This document shows, piece after piece, positions 28,367 to 38,468 of a DNA stretch of 64,000 nucleotides. Made by a program: the position numbers and the translations under genes. Location of the stretch: assembly GCA_937877455.1 (NCBI GenBank), contig CALFIU010000189.1, positions 28,852 to 92,851 of the forward strand. The letters are read 5' to 3'. This stretch comes from an uncultured Bacteroidales bacterium. Lineage in GTDB: Bacteria > Bacteroidota > Bacteroidia > Bacteroidales > UBA3824. The first letter of the stretch is position 1, and the number at the start of each line of letters is the position of its first letter. The notes below the pieces were generated by a model. The model saw only the letters and a program-made list of their open reading frames with translations. It was not told where the DNA came from and searched no databases.

Positions 28367-28426
28367 TACTAATGATGCTTGCTATATTAGATGATATAAT
28401 GTACTTGCCACCTTGGTACTGCATAT

Positions 28427-28867
28427 TCACTCTCCGTCTATCTTTGTTTGTTTAGCTTCGCCATCTAAGCTATCATATGTTCCCATAGCTTCGCGTTGCG
28501 CCAACATTTTCCTGTTTTTCAAATCTTCAAAAAATTGTTCTTTTGGATTGATAAATACATATGCCAGTTCATTTCCAAAGAAAACGCCATAGATAACATC
28601 ATCGCAATCGCGCCATTTTCTTTTATCATCGTCTGTATAAACTCGCCAACGCATTTCAATTACGGTTGTATATTCATCCGTGAGAGCCTGTCCAGCAAAA
28701 CCACTTTTCAAATTAAATCCTGTCGCAGTATCAGCCCATGTTTGTATGAAAACATCAGCCCTGAATGTCGGGAAACAAGTATTCTTTAATATTCCCTCAC
28801 CTTCACTAAACACAAATTGTTTAAATTTATATTCAATCAATTCTAAATTAGGATACCTTGCTTTCAT
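28427..28867 (-). CDS. Hypothetical protein
   Basis: Co-oriented ORF. Confidence 0.45.
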   Translation of the reverse strand: MKARYPNLELIEYKFKQFVFSEGEGILKNTCFPTFRADVFIQTWADTATGFNLKSGFAGQALTDEYTTVIEMRWRVYTDDDKRKWRDCDDVIYGVFFGNELAYVFINPKEQFFEDLKNRKMLAQREAMGTYDSLDGEAKQTKIDGE

Positions 28868-29018
28868 CTTTGCACTCCATTTTTAAAAAGTTTCTGATTT
28901 GGTTGTAACGAATAATATTTATAACATCATCGGTTTTATAATCATCCCAAAACTGGTTGCATAGCCAATCAGCCAACTCATCATCATTCATAGTTCTTAC
29001 TTTGTCGCCGACAGTCAT
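28848..29018 (-). CDS. Small hypothetical protein (56 aa, below the ORF-track cutoff)
   Basis: TAATG stop/start overlap with the upstream ORF, and its 3' end overlaps the next start. Reads MTVGDKVRTMNDDELADWLCNQFWDDY... Confidence 0.45.
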   Translation of the reverse strand: MTVGDKVRTMNDDELADWLCNQFWDDYKTDDVINIIRYNQIRNFLKMECKDESKVS

Positions 29019-29404
29019 TATTTCATTTCCTCTACATCACCATATTTATGTATATCCCATGACCCATCGCTGTAAACCTTCATTTTGTAATTGCCTACTG
29101 CGAGTTCGTTCATTAAGGCGCTTGGTGTTCTTTCAACTTTTTCAAATAAATCACTTTTGGCAAATTGATAATGAAATATAACTGTACCTCCACAAATGTT
29201 GTTAGCGCAACTTCCATCTGGAGTCCAACAATTTTTCAGACATCCATCAGATACACTTCCATAAACATTATCATCTGGATCGTGATAGAAAATTGTACCA
29301 GCTTTCATAAAACCTAAATTTTTAGTCAACATATAATAGTCATAACATGGATTTTCAAACGCTCTTACCGCACCTACCATTTTGTTTCCTCTTCTTATAC
29401 ACAA
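29018..29404 (-). CDS. Hypothetical protein
   Basis: Co-oriented ORF. Confidence 0.45.
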   Translation of the reverse strand: MCIRRGNKMVGAVRAFENPCYDYYMLTKNLGFMKAGTIFYHDPDDNVYGSVSDGCLKNCWTPDGSCANNICGGTVIFHYQFAKSDLFEKVERTPSALMNELAVGNYKMKVYSDGSWDIHKYGDVEEMK

Positions 29405-29738
29405 GATTTAATTGTTTCTCAAAACTTTTCTTTTCCATTGGATTTTTAGAATGTTTGATTCTTTTCTTTAAGGCTTTTATATCATTTTCAAGTAAATGTT
29501 CTGGATCAGATGGTGTAACAATCTCGGCGCTTGTTGGATAATATTTGGACTTATCTATTTTTAAAATATAGCCATCTTTTGTAACCCAAGCATAATTACC
29601 CTCTTCATTATTCGCAATTAAATATCCGAGAGTTTCATCATCCTTTTTTAAATCACCATTGATTTTTTTAATTCTTTCAATTATTTCTTTCAACGCTGTT
29701 TCGTTAAAAGAATTTGTAAGCGTTGGTTCTATATTCAT
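29355..29738 (-). CDS. Hypothetical protein
   Basis: Co-oriented ORF. Confidence 0.45.
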   Translation of the reverse strand: MNIEPTLTNSFNETALKEIIERIKKINGDLKKDDETLGYLIANNEEGNYAWVTKDGYILKIDKSKYYPTSAEIVTPSDPEHLLENDIKALKKRIKHSKNPMEKKSFEKQLNLVYKKRKQNGRCGKSV

Positions 29739-29744
29739 TTTTTT

Positions 29745-29951
29745 TCACCAACAATCCTCGTCATCATCATCTTCACCATCAAAACAATCACCGTCAAAAT
29801 ATTCATCTTTGCGACTTGAATAGTATTCATCTTGTCTTGCTTCGTACTGCGTATGACTCTTATATTCTTCGTAAGTAATTGCGTCACATTTCAAACCACT
29901 ATATATACTTATATCTTCCTCTATAATCACGAAAAATACAGATGCACGCAC
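29745..29951 (-). CDS. Small highly acidic protein
   Basis: C-terminus DGDCFDGEDDDDEDCW. Confidence 0.4.
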   Translation of the reverse strand: MRASVFFVIIEEDISIYSGLKCDAITYEEYKSHTQYEARQDEYYSSRKDEYFDGDCFDGEDDDDEDCW

Positions 29952-29991
29952 TAACAGTTAAAGTCAACGTGCATCTGTTGTCAAAAGATAA

Positions 29992-30537
29992 TTAGTTCAA
30001 TTTTACCCATTCATCGACAGGTTTTCCAAGCTTTCGCTCAACGTCTGTGCAGTAAGCTACACCACCAGCCATCTGGCAATCTGCAAATACTTCTTTTGCA
30101 ATATCCTGATACAGTGTGCTTAACACGCCATGCGGATCGTTCAGGTTGTCATTAAAAAACTGAACAACACAGTTTTTGAAAACAACATATGTAAACGGCA
30201 CATACCAATAATCTTCTGTTGACACGACATAGGCAAATGCAGGATTACCACTGAAAGCAGTTTCAAATAGTTCTTTCGGATTTACAAAAGCCATGTTGCT
30301 AATAGTATGACAATCTACTCCGATTTTTAATGTGACATTTCCGAATGTCTTTTCGGAAGGAAGAAGTTTTAAAAGTGCAGCTGCTTTATCGGGGTTATTA
30401 GTTGCAAGTACGATTGACGGATTCGTGCCATCCACATTTACATTACACGCAATCTGCGGATCGCCATCAAAAAGCGCCTCGATTTCATTGATAAAAGTTG
30501 ACCAAGGTGGAAGAATTCTAAGTCTTACATCTGCCAT
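29992..30537 (-). CDS. Hypothetical protein
   Basis: Co-oriented ORF. Confidence 0.45.
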   Translation of the reverse strand: MADVRLRILPPWSTFINEIEALFDGDPQIACNVNVDGTNPSIVLATNNPDKAAALLKLLPSEKTFGNVTLKIGVDCHTISNMAFVNPKELFETAFSGNPAFAYVVSTEDYWYVPFTYVVFKNCVVQFFNDNLNDPHGVLSTLYQDIAKEVFADCQMAGGVAYCTDVERKLGKPVDEWVKLN

Positions 30538-30563
30538 AATTATTTCTCCTTTTGTGAATTGTA

Positions 30564-32066
30564 TTATTTTGGATTATTTATTTTTAATCCGATTTCGTTA
30601 TATAATTCATCTACTGCACTTTTCTTTCGCTGTAGACAATCATATATCTTCTCATCAATAGTTTCACGAGCTTGCAAAATAATGTATGTACATTTATTTG
30701 TTTGCCCTATTCTATGTATTCTGTCCTGACTCTGTTTAAATTCTTCATAGCTGAAAGACAATGAATAATAAACATTGTATGTACAGTTTACAAACGTTAA
30801 TCCTTTTCCAAGTAATTGAGGATGCGTAAATAAATATTTGATCTTACCATTCCTGAAATCTCTGATAATATCATCTCTGCCTTTGGTTTTTGATGTAAGT
30901 CCTACACCGCCAAACTGCTCGGCAAGTGAATCTATTTCATATTGGAACTGACACCAGATGATTACCTGTTTATCGCCGATTTCGTTTAACACTTCCGATA
31001 AAATTGCTGTTTTATTGGAGAGCATTTTGACTATTTCTGCCCCTTTATTGACTTTCGGATAAACGAAACCAGACACAATTTCTCGCAGTTTCATCAATTT
31101 CGCGGTAAACTCGAATTTTGACCACTCGTTGATGTGAGATTGGATGTCATTTATCATTTCATCATAGTATTTGCGCTGTTCTTTTGAAAGATCAAATCTT
31201 CTTACTTGGAAAATCTTATCTGGCAAGTCAACACAATCTTCTTTCTTTAAAAAGATAGACTGTTCACCGAGGCGCAGATTATATCTTTCTTTATCTTCGT
31301 CAGTCTGAAACCAAACATGAGGATTAGCCATATCCTGATGGAAATATCGCGCAAGAAAACCATAATAGTTATTGCCGAATATCTCGTTGTTTACGAACTT
31401 CATCTGCGGAAAAATCTCACCATTAAAATTTGGACATGGACATCCAGAAAGAACAAATCTATGCGGAATAATAGAAATCATTTCAAGTACCATACTTGTT
31501 ATCTGACTACCCATGTTCTTCATGCAAGAGCTTTCATCTACAATCATGCAATCAAATCCAGCTACACGAATTTCATTCTTCAAAATTTTGTAGCTTTCAT
31601 AATTCATAACGTAAATATCTACATCTTCATTCAGCGCATCAATGCGTCCATCGCGAGAATTTGACCAACAGTTAATGATTTTCTTTTCAGGATAAAACTT
31701 ATTGCAGTCATCAACCCACGCAGTCTCAATAACACTTAGCGGACAAAGAACAAGCGTCTTGTTATAATGCGATGCAACCTCTAACCCCATCACGGTTTTT
31801 CCTGTACCAGTATCGGCAAAGATACCATAGCATCCTGTGTTGAGTGCTTCGTTTACAATATCTTTTTGATAACCGCGAAGAAAGGATGAAAGTTCATATT
31901 CGATTTTCTTTGGTTTTTCAATACTTACATTTTCTGCGACCAGTCCATATTTCTGAAGTGTCGGAAGGGCATGGTCAGGGAAAATCCATTTGCCATCCTT
32001 AAACTTGCGTCCTTCTATCGTTCTTATGTATGGTATCTGTTCAACAGGGATTGTCAGTTCGATCAA
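30564..32066 (-). CDS. SNF2-family helicase/ATPase
   Basis: Motifs ADTGTGKT (I), DESS (II) and QSQDRIHRIGQ (VI). Confidence 0.85.
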   Translation of the reverse strand: MIELTIPVEQIPYIRTIEGRKFKDGKWIFPDHALPTLQKYGLVAENVSIEKPKKIEYELSSFLRGYQKDIVNEALNTGCYGIFADTGTGKTVMGLEVASHYNKTLVLCPLSVIETAWVDDCNKFYPEKKIINCWSNSRDGRIDALNEDVDIYVMNYESYKILKNEIRVAGFDCMIVDESSCMKNMGSQITSMVLEMISIIPHRFVLSGCPCPNFNGEIFPQMKFVNNEIFGNNYYGFLARYFHQDMANPHVWFQTDEDKERYNLRLGEQSIFLKKEDCVDLPDKIFQVRRFDLSKEQRKYYDEMINDIQSHINEWSKFEFTAKLMKLREIVSGFVYPKVNKGAEIVKMLSNKTAILSEVLNEIGDKQVIIWCQFQYEIDSLAEQFGGVGLTSKTKGRDDIIRDFRNGKIKYLFTHPQLLGKGLTFVNCTYNVYYSLSFSYEEFKQSQDRIHRIGQTNKCTYIILQARETIDEKIYDCLQRKKSAVDELYNEIGLKINNPK

Positions 32067-32238
32067 ATTCTTTCATCCTTTCTTTTATGGCTATCTCTTT
32101 TACAAGATATTTATGTTTTCTGTTTTCTTCACACCATTCACAACCGCCGTGATTTCTACAGGTTTTATCTATCGCTTTTGAACCACAATATTCTTTTCTG
32201 TGTTCTTTGCCGTGTTCTATGGCTTTATTAAGGCTCAT
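32041..32238 (-). CDS. Small Cys-rich protein
   Basis: Contains CRNHGGCEWCEENRKH. Confidence 0.4.
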   Translation of the reverse strand: MSLNKAIEHGKEHRKEYCGSKAIDKTCRNHGGCEWCEENRKHKYLVKEIAIKERMKEFDRTDNPC

Positions 32239-32576
32239 GATATCGGATCGCCATTCATATCAAAATGTGATGCCATTTCGACATTCATTTGATATTCCTG
32301 TTCTTCGTACCAGTCTGCGATTTCTTTCTCAACCAGAAAATATATTGAATGTTCTGTCGTGATAATCAATCCATCATCTGCTTGCGCAACGCCTTTGACA
32401 AAAGAAGTAATGATTGACTTGTACCATCCGGGGTCTGTACATGTCATGTACAGGCGATTGTCAATCTTTATATCTTTTATATCAAGGTCAATAATGCGTC
32501 CAATGCGAGCCACAACTTCATCATCTGTCTTATCTTTCCCATCCAAATCAGTTATTTTAACAAGTTTGTAAAGCAT
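32235..32576 (-). CDS. Hypothetical protein
   Basis: Co-oriented ORF with 4-nt overlaps. Confidence 0.45.
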   Translation of the reverse strand: MLYKLVKITDLDGKDKTDDEVVARIGRIIDLDIKDIKIDNRLYMTCTDPGWYKSIITSFVKGVAQADDGLIITTEHSIYFLVEKEIADWYEEQEYQMNVEMASHFDMNGDPIS

Positions 32577-33309
32577 CTTTTACACCTAACCTTTCTTCCG
32601 CAATGCGCAGATATTCTTTATCAAGTTCTATTCCTAAAAATCTTCTGTTTGTATTTATACACGCAACACCTGTACTTCCAGAGCCACAACAGTTATCAAG
32701 AACTAAATCTCCTTCATTTGAATATGTTTTAATCAGCCATTCAAGAAGTGCAATCGGCTTTTGTGTTGGATGTAATCTACTGCTGTCACGAGGAAACGAT
32801 AGAATACTTAAAGGATTTCTTCTGCCATCTTCACTTTCAGAAAATGCTTCGTTTCTAAATCCATAATTTGTTGATAGGCTACTATTCTTTGTTCTCTTAT
32901 ACGGCTCTGAATACCAAAATTGTTTATTATATGTAGGTTTCTTTTTGTAAAATACTGCTATATCTTCATGGCATTTTAATGGTTTAACATTTGCGTTTAG
33001 GAAATCACATCCTCTTTGTTTATCCCATACAAGATTGTATCTCCACATTTTAGGATTTGATAAAAGCAATTTCGCCGTAAACATACCATCGCAAAATAGA
33101 ATTATTGCGCCATTATCTTTGATTATTCTTTTGTAATGCACCCATAATTCATCAAACGGTATCAAACAATCCCATGTGTTTCTTGTGGAAGAATATGGTA
33201 AATCACATAAAACCAAATCAATGCTTTTATCGGGGAGATTACCCATCAGAGATAGGCAATCCCCCCCCCACAAAGATATTTGTTTATTATTATTATTATT
33301 ATCTTGCAT
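32557..33309 (-). CDS. DNA methyltransferase (N6_N4 type, beta class)
   Basis: CDLPY catalytic motif and HPTQKP...VLDNCCGSGST SAM motif. Contains a G9 tract. Confidence 0.85.
   Translation of the reverse strand: MQDNNNNNKQISLWGGDCLSLMGNLPDKSIDLVLCDLPYSSTRNTWDCLIPFDELWVHYKRIIKDNGAIILFCDGMFTAKLLLSNPKMWRYNLVWDKQRGCDFLNANVKPLKCHEDIAVFYKKKPTYNKQFWYSEPYKRTKNSSLSTNYGFRNEAFSESEDGRRNPLSILSFPRDSSRLHPTQKPIALLEWLIKTYSNEGDLVLDNCCGSGSTGVACINTNRRFLGIELDKEYLRIAEERLGVKDALQTC
33261..33269 (-). repeat. G9 homopolymer (coding strand) at codons 14-16 of methyltransferase 32557-33309
   Basis: C9 on the plus strand. Encodes SLWGGDC and follows an (AAT)n asparagine run. Confidence 0.95.
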
Positions 33310-34328
33310 TATTCATTATCCATGACTGCATTATCTTTGATTTCCTTAATTTCTTTTGCCTTCAGTCCAAGAGCTTTTAACTGTGCTTCAAGTTCTTTAA
33401 TTTCCGCACGAACATCTTTCTTCTTCTGCTGAAGCCGCTTCTGCTCTTCTTTCACAGCTTTAGCATTTGTACTCTGCTCTTTTCCTTTTTCAAGTTCGAC
33501 ATTGAAACGTTCTTTCATAGCTTCAATACCATCATCTGTTTCAAAAATACTATCGTCCCACTTGCTAAATCTTTCATTAATTGCCAAATCATAGAAATCT
33601 TTATTGAGTTCAATGCCGATTGCACTTCTATGGTTTTCGATAGCAACCTTATTTACCGTGCCAGCACCAGCGAAAGGATCAAGTATTACATCACCCGGAC
33701 AAGACCATAGTCTAATACATCTCTCAACAAGTGCTTCAGCGAACGGAGTTGTATGTCCGATGCCTGAATTTCCTATATTCCATACACCATCAGCCCAATC
33801 AGCCCATTCAGCAAGTGTAATATCAGATGCCTTAATCAGTTCGCAATCGCCAGATTTTTTATAGACATATACGAAGCCGACATTGGCAGCGAGGATTGTA
33901 TCTCTGGCTTTCATATTCCTATAATAGAGATTGCCCTGTGCTAACATTGCTCTCTGCGCGGAATACTTGCGCCAAAATGCCTTAGTCCATAACTGGAAAT
34001 TGTTTTCAAGCATAATCCTGTTAATATCGCCAGTAATAGATTCCTGCCCCATCTTGTTATCTCTGCCGAGTGTGTAATTGTAATCTTCAAACTGCATGAT
34101 AAATTTACCACCGGGTTTAAGAACACGTTCACACTCAGCGATAACAAGACCAAGCATATAATAATATTCTTCGTAGCTTTCACAATTAGATAGATCGTGT
34201 GGATCGTTCGAGTAAACTCGAAGATTGTGATAAGGGGGGCTTGTCATAATCATATCAACGCTTTCAGCGTCAAGTTTCTTTAGTTCGGTAAGACAGTCAC
34301 CATTGATCCATTTGTTTGTTAATCTCAT
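33309..34328 (-). CDS. DNA methyltransferase (N4-C/N6-A type, SPPY) with C-terminal coiled coil
   Basis: Contains TSPPY and DPFAGAGTV. K/E-rich C-terminal tail. Confidence 0.85.
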   Translation of the reverse strand: MRLTNKWINGDCLTELKKLDAESVDMIMTSPPYHNLRVYSNDPHDLSNCESYEEYYYMLGLVIAECERVLKPGGKFIMQFEDYNYTLGRDNKMGQESITGDINRIMLENNFQLWTKAFWRKYSAQRAMLAQGNLYYRNMKARDTILAANVGFVYVYKKSGDCELIKASDITLAEWADWADGVWNIGNSGIGHTTPFAEALVERCIRLWSCPGDVILDPFAGAGTVNKVAIENHRSAIGIELNKDFYDLAINERFSKWDDSIFETDDGIEAMKERFNVELEKGKEQSTNAKAVKEEQKRLQQKKKDVRAEIKELEAQLKALGLKAKEIKEIKDNAVMDNE

Positions 34329-34348
34329 GTTATGCTTTCCTTTCTTTA

Positions 34349-34414
34349 TTATCTTGCATTATCTATTATACCAAACATAAGATAGCTTGTCAATTACTAT
34401 CTTGTATTATTTCT
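34349..34414 (-). promoter_or_regulatory. Motif-bracketed promoter: AATAATACAAGATAG-N3-TTGACA-N17-TATAAT-N7-GCAAGATAA
   Basis: The minus strand reads GAAATAATACAAGATAGTAATTGACAAGCTATCTTATGTTTGGTATAATAGATAATGCAAGATAA. Confidence 0.7.
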
Positions 34415-35697
34415 TGATCTTCTTTCAGTTCTTGCGCCCAAGTTACAAGCCATTTATTTTTATTCTTGAATGGATCTCTCATCACTTCATCCAAAAGTAA
34501 ATGAAGTACATCGCCGATTTCCTTGCTTGGTTCATATCCAATTTCTATCAAATCATCGCCAGAAATATCCAACTTATCCAAGCTACAACAATCATTATTG
34601 CCGATAATGATTCCTGCGTCAACCTTCATCTGATTTATAAGTTTTAAAAACTTGAATTTATTGATTGGACTTGCGACCGTTGCTTTCGCCATCCAGTAAT
34701 CACACAGATTTTTCGTGTTTCTAAAACCTATCTCACTAATCAGTTTTCGTACTTCATATTTACGATCATCATACTTGAAGCTGATATGTTTATAATCTTC
34801 TTTATGCTTTAGAATATCGCAAATAAGTTTACTTCTTTGGTTATCCATGCGCATATCAGTCAAGATTTCTTTTGGATTATCCGTAAACTGTAGCAACAAT
34901 GCCATTCTTACAGCAAGTTCATCATCTTTATTTGTCGCCATCAAAGACTCGATAACTTCATGATGTTCAAATAAAGTTCCTGCGTTTTTCACGCTATCGT
35001 TAAAATATGGAGTAATACAGTAGAATAAATCAAGGCAATTATAAAGTGTCCTAAATGCACTCGGAAACTGTGTACTCATTATCTTACATGTTTCGGCGCA
35101 AATTCTTTCTTTGGATATGTTGCCAAGCAATTCACGATTATATTGCATAGACCAGAGAGTTTGATTTTCAATTCTAAATCCAAGTGTAATCGCAAATCTT
35201 AACCCACGCATTATGCGCAATCCATCTTCTTTAAACCTATCATCTGGATTACCAACGCACCGAATAACACCGTCTTGAATATCTTCTAATCCGTGGAATA
35301 AATCAACGATGCCTACATCTGGATTATACGCCATAGCATTGATCGTGAAGTCGCGCCTCTTCAAATCTTCTTCGAGTCTGTCAGTGAAATTTACGTCATC
35401 AGGATGCCGACCATCGCTATACGTTCCGTCTATTCTAAATGTCGTGATTTCATATGGTTTATCTTCTATCACTACAGTGACAGTACCATGTTTAATCCCT
35501 GTTTCAACTACTTTGTAATCCTGAAAAACTTTTTCTACAACTTCAGGTAATAATGCTGTGCATATATCCCAATCGTCAGGCTCTTTTCCGAGTATGTAAT
35601 CGCGAACGCAGCCACCAACCACATAGCCAATACTACCGTAGTCATTCAGTTTTTCTAATATAAATTCTACATTTTCAGGAAGGTGTATAATTCCCAT
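34390..35697 (-). CDS. cca: tRNA nucleotidyltransferase (CCA-adding enzyme / poly(A) polymerase family)
   Basis: Head-domain motif VGGCVRDYILG...DWDI and RDFTINA. Confidence 0.85.
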   Translation of the reverse strand: MGIIHLPENVEFILEKLNDYGSIGYVVGGCVRDYILGKEPDDWDICTALLPEVVEKVFQDYKVVETGIKHGTVTVVIEDKPYEITTFRIDGTYSDGRHPDDVNFTDRLEEDLKRRDFTINAMAYNPDVGIVDLFHGLEDIQDGVIRCVGNPDDRFKEDGLRIMRGLRFAITLGFRIENQTLWSMQYNRELLGNISKERICAETCKIMSTQFPSAFRTLYNCLDLFYCITPYFNDSVKNAGTLFEHHEVIESLMATNKDDELAVRMALLLQFTDNPKEILTDMRMDNQRSKLICDILKHKEDYKHISFKYDDRKYEVRKLISEIGFRNTKNLCDYWMAKATVASPINKFKFLKLINQMKVDAGIIIGNNDCCSLDKLDISGDDLIEIGYEPSKEIGDVLHLLLDEVMRDPFKNKNKWLVTWAQELKEDQEIIQDSN

Positions 35698-36721
35698 TTA
35701 ACACACTCCAATTCGCATCTGCGAGAAACTTGTTAATTCTATCGTAATCTGGATTAGGCGGTAAATCAGTATGTTCTTTTAAGTAATTCATTTTTGCTTC
35801 TAACTCATCTACCATTTCATAAAATTCTTTCGTTGGTTGTCTGTTATCATCAAGATACTTTCCGTTCCTGATATCCATAAGAAAATCGTGATCTTTAGCA
35901 CGATAAGTAATAATTTCACCACGCTCAAGAATATCGAAACACATCAAATAAAGTCGAACCAAATGCATCATGTGCTTTGATAATTTGTCGTGTTCTATAG
36001 CATGTTGATTGCGCTTTCCAAGTTTTGAATAATCCTTGACAATATTATTCATCTCAGACCACATGCATTTATAATCACGAAGCGGATAATGCTTTAATGA
36101 CACATCCATAAAAATTTCTGTATCATAGTCCTCTTGTTCTGACTTATCAATATACAGTCTAATTGCGTCCTCTGGATAATTGAAGTATTTTTCTGGATAA
36201 GAATATCGTGTGTTTTCAATACTTCCAAGAATATGTTCTTCACGTTTTGATTGTTCAACAAGTCTAACCGCCTTGTTATCGAGCCTTCGCGCTTGGGAAA
36301 CCGCATAACCTCCGAAAGAATGAACCGCCCTTTTTGAAAGAAACATATCCCTGTTATCAATCAACGCCTGACCAATATCGGAAACATACAAATACTGCCA
36401 CGGTTCTAATCCAAGGATCTCAATCGTATTGGGATTACAATTCGATAGCAAATTGATAATCTTTTCAAGAGAATATACCGTTGTATCAGTAGCTTCATTA
36501 ACAACCTGATCGAAACCTTTTCTTGTCAGAATATCTACTGCCGAATGTGTAGCGATTCCACGCACATCAAGATCGCTATTCTCGTTATTCGTGCCATATG
36601 CATGACTGCCGCCCAATCCAAGAAGAATAATATTCTCGCCTAACGGCTTTTCTCTCAGGAAACTATATTCATCCGATTCTACTTTGCGCTTAATCTCATC
36701 AATCGTCATACTTGTATTCAC
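35675..36721 (-). CDS. Pol-beta-fold nucleotidyltransferase, RlaP-like (RNA-repair-pathway family)
   Basis: LGLGGSHAYGTNNENSDLDVRG is an NTase motif, with a long helical C-terminus (recalled PF10127 pattern). Confidence 0.6.
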   Translation of the reverse strand: MNTSMTIDEIKRKVESDEYSFLREKPLGENIILLGLGGSHAYGTNNENSDLDVRGIATHSAVDILTRKGFDQVVNEATDTTVYSLEKIINLLSNCNPNTIEILGLEPWQYLYVSDIGQALIDNRDMFLSKRAVHSFGGYAVSQARRLDNKAVRLVEQSKREEHILGSIENTRYSYPEKYFNYPEDAIRLYIDKSEQEDYDTEIFMDVSLKHYPLRDYKCMWSEMNNIVKDYSKLGKRNQHAIEHDKLSKHMMHLVRLYLMCFDILERGEIITYRAKDHDFLMDIRNGKYLDDNRQPTKEFYEMVDELEAKMNYLKEHTDLPPNPDYDRINKFLADANWSVLNGNYTPS

Positions 36722-36944
36722 TCATTTCTTCATTAAATCTACGCACAACATCAATTTTATTACTGTGGATATGAACACTCAGAGGCTTAGTTAAATCAAA
36801 AGAAAATATTCCCATGATTGATTTCGCGTCAATAATATATCTACCACTACTTAAATCAATATCTTCTTCATAGTTATCGCAGATTTTTACAAATCGTTTC
36901 ACACGATCAATCGTATTAAGCTGCACAAGAAATTCATTCTTCAT
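36699..36944 (-). CDS. HPr-like small protein (start reassigned to MKNEF)
   Basis: IIDAKSIMGIFSFDLTKPLSV resembles the HPr fold signature. An AAAGGAAG RBS precedes the internal ATG. Confidence 0.45.
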   Translation of the reverse strand: MKNEFLVQLNTIDRVKRFVKICDNYEEDIDLSSGRYIIDAKSIMGIFSFDLTKPLSVHIHSNKIDVVRRFNEEMSEYKYDD

Positions 36945-37095
36945 TTTGACTTCCTTTCTTTCCTTTTGGTTTCTTATCGGCGTTCTTTTTCTGCTCGGCA
37001 GCTTGCTTTCTAAGTTCGTTATCAAGTTTTGCCATAATGCTTTCCCACTTTGCATATTCAGTTCTCTTTCCGCGCTTGCCTTTATTCTTTCCCAT
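36934..37095 (-). CDS. Small basic protein (53 aa, below the ORF-track cutoff)
   Basis: GGAG RBS. Reads MGKNKGKRGKRTEYAKWESIMAKLDNELRKQAAEQKK... and ends overlapping the next start. Confidence 0.35.
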   Translation of the reverse strand: MGKNKGKRGKRTEYAKWESIMAKLDNELRKQAAEQKKNADKKPKGKKGSQNEE

Positions 37096-37264
37096 GTTAC
37101 ACTCCGTATCTGCTTCTTATATATTGTCTAAACTCTTTTGCTGTTATGGATTGAAAAATATCTTTATAATCTTTTTCTATTTCATACATAATCCTTTCTA
37201 CAGATTCGTATATCAAGTACAATGAAATATCAATTTTATCTAATTCTGCAAAATTATTATTCAT

Positions 37265-37888
37265 CTAATCCCATCCGTACTTGTTACCGAAATCTATGAA
37301 GTCTTTATAACGCCTTACCTCGTCTGGAACATCTAACTCTTTCCACATTTCTATGAAATCATTTATAACTTCGTTCTTATTTGTAAAATCGTACTTGATT
37401 GTTGGTTGATTTCCGTATGTATGTGTAGTGATTTCTTTATGATGTCCACGAACTTGTATACCATTTGCGTTTACATCGCAGAAATCTATACCGAGAAAAT
37501 TCGGATAATCTTTCAATCCTTCATTTATAAGTTTTTCAATCCTGACCATTTCACCCTTGAATTTTTCAAGAGTTTCCCTTTTCACATATGGCTTGCGCCA
37601 AAATCCTTTTGTATATAGTTTATTGATATGCTTAACTTGCTTATCAGCTTCTTCCCATCCATCATATAAATCTTCCCATCTGGCGAAAGCGCTATATTTC
37701 TGCAAACACATTTCATCATCAAAGTAGACAACTATCGGATGTTCTTCATTCCATTCGTGAGTCTTTGACAAAACGCATGGTTTTAAATTTGGCTCTATGT
37801 TCTTACCGCCAGTTACATGATAGAAAACTCGCTGACTAAACAATTCTAATAACTGTTTTTGTGTAGCACCCTTACATGGTCTTACCAT
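37265..37888 (-). CDS. Hypothetical protein
   Basis: Co-oriented ORF. Confidence 0.45.
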   Translation of the reverse strand: MVRPCKGATQKQLLELFSQRVFYHVTGGKNIEPNLKPCVLSKTHEWNEEHPIVVYFDDEMCLQKYSAFARWEDLYDGWEEADKQVKHINKLYTKGFWRKPYVKRETLEKFKGEMVRIEKLINEGLKDYPNFLGIDFCDVNANGIQVRGHHKEITTHTYGNQPTIKYDFTNKNEVINDFIEMWKELDVPDEVRRYKDFIDFGNKYGWD

Positions 37889-38054
37889 CCTTTCTTAGCT
37901 CCTTAAATTCACAAGGTACATACTGACCGTAAATATAATCTTTGTCCTTTGCATCACAGTGGAACTTTAATGTAATATTCTTTACATCTAAGTTGCTGTG
38001 AATACATTCTGAACATTCACTCGTGCAAATCATACTTCCACTTTTACGCGCCAT
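37872..38054 (-). CDS. Small Cys-rich protein
   Basis: Contains CTSECSECIH...CDAKD...C. Confidence 0.4.
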   Translation of the reverse strand: MARKSGSMICTSECSECIHSNLDVKNITLKFHCDAKDKDYIYGQYVPCEFKELRKDGKTM

Positions 38055-38468
38055 TATGTACCTCCTGTATTAAATCTTTCCTGTATTTATATCTATGTAA
38101 AGCCTATCTAATCCTGACTCAAATGCGCCTATTCCTGAAAAGAAACTGCTCAATTTAAGGTCATCGAATAGATAAGGCATAACTTTATATAATTGTTTAT
38201 ATATATGATATAAAACATCTACTACTATACTATTTCCAGCCTGTTTATATAACTGACTGTTACTTATTCCTGCTGCTTCTGCTTTGTTAAAATCTTCATC
38301 AGAAAATCCCATTAGTCTAAAGCACTCTTTTGGAGTCAGCTTTCGTATTCTATATTCTTCTAATTCGTCACTTTCACATACTGTTATCGTATCGCTATCA
38401 TCTTCGAGATAACCTTTTGGGAAATAAATAACGCCTTCTCGTTTTTCATATTCTACCACTCGTTTCGC

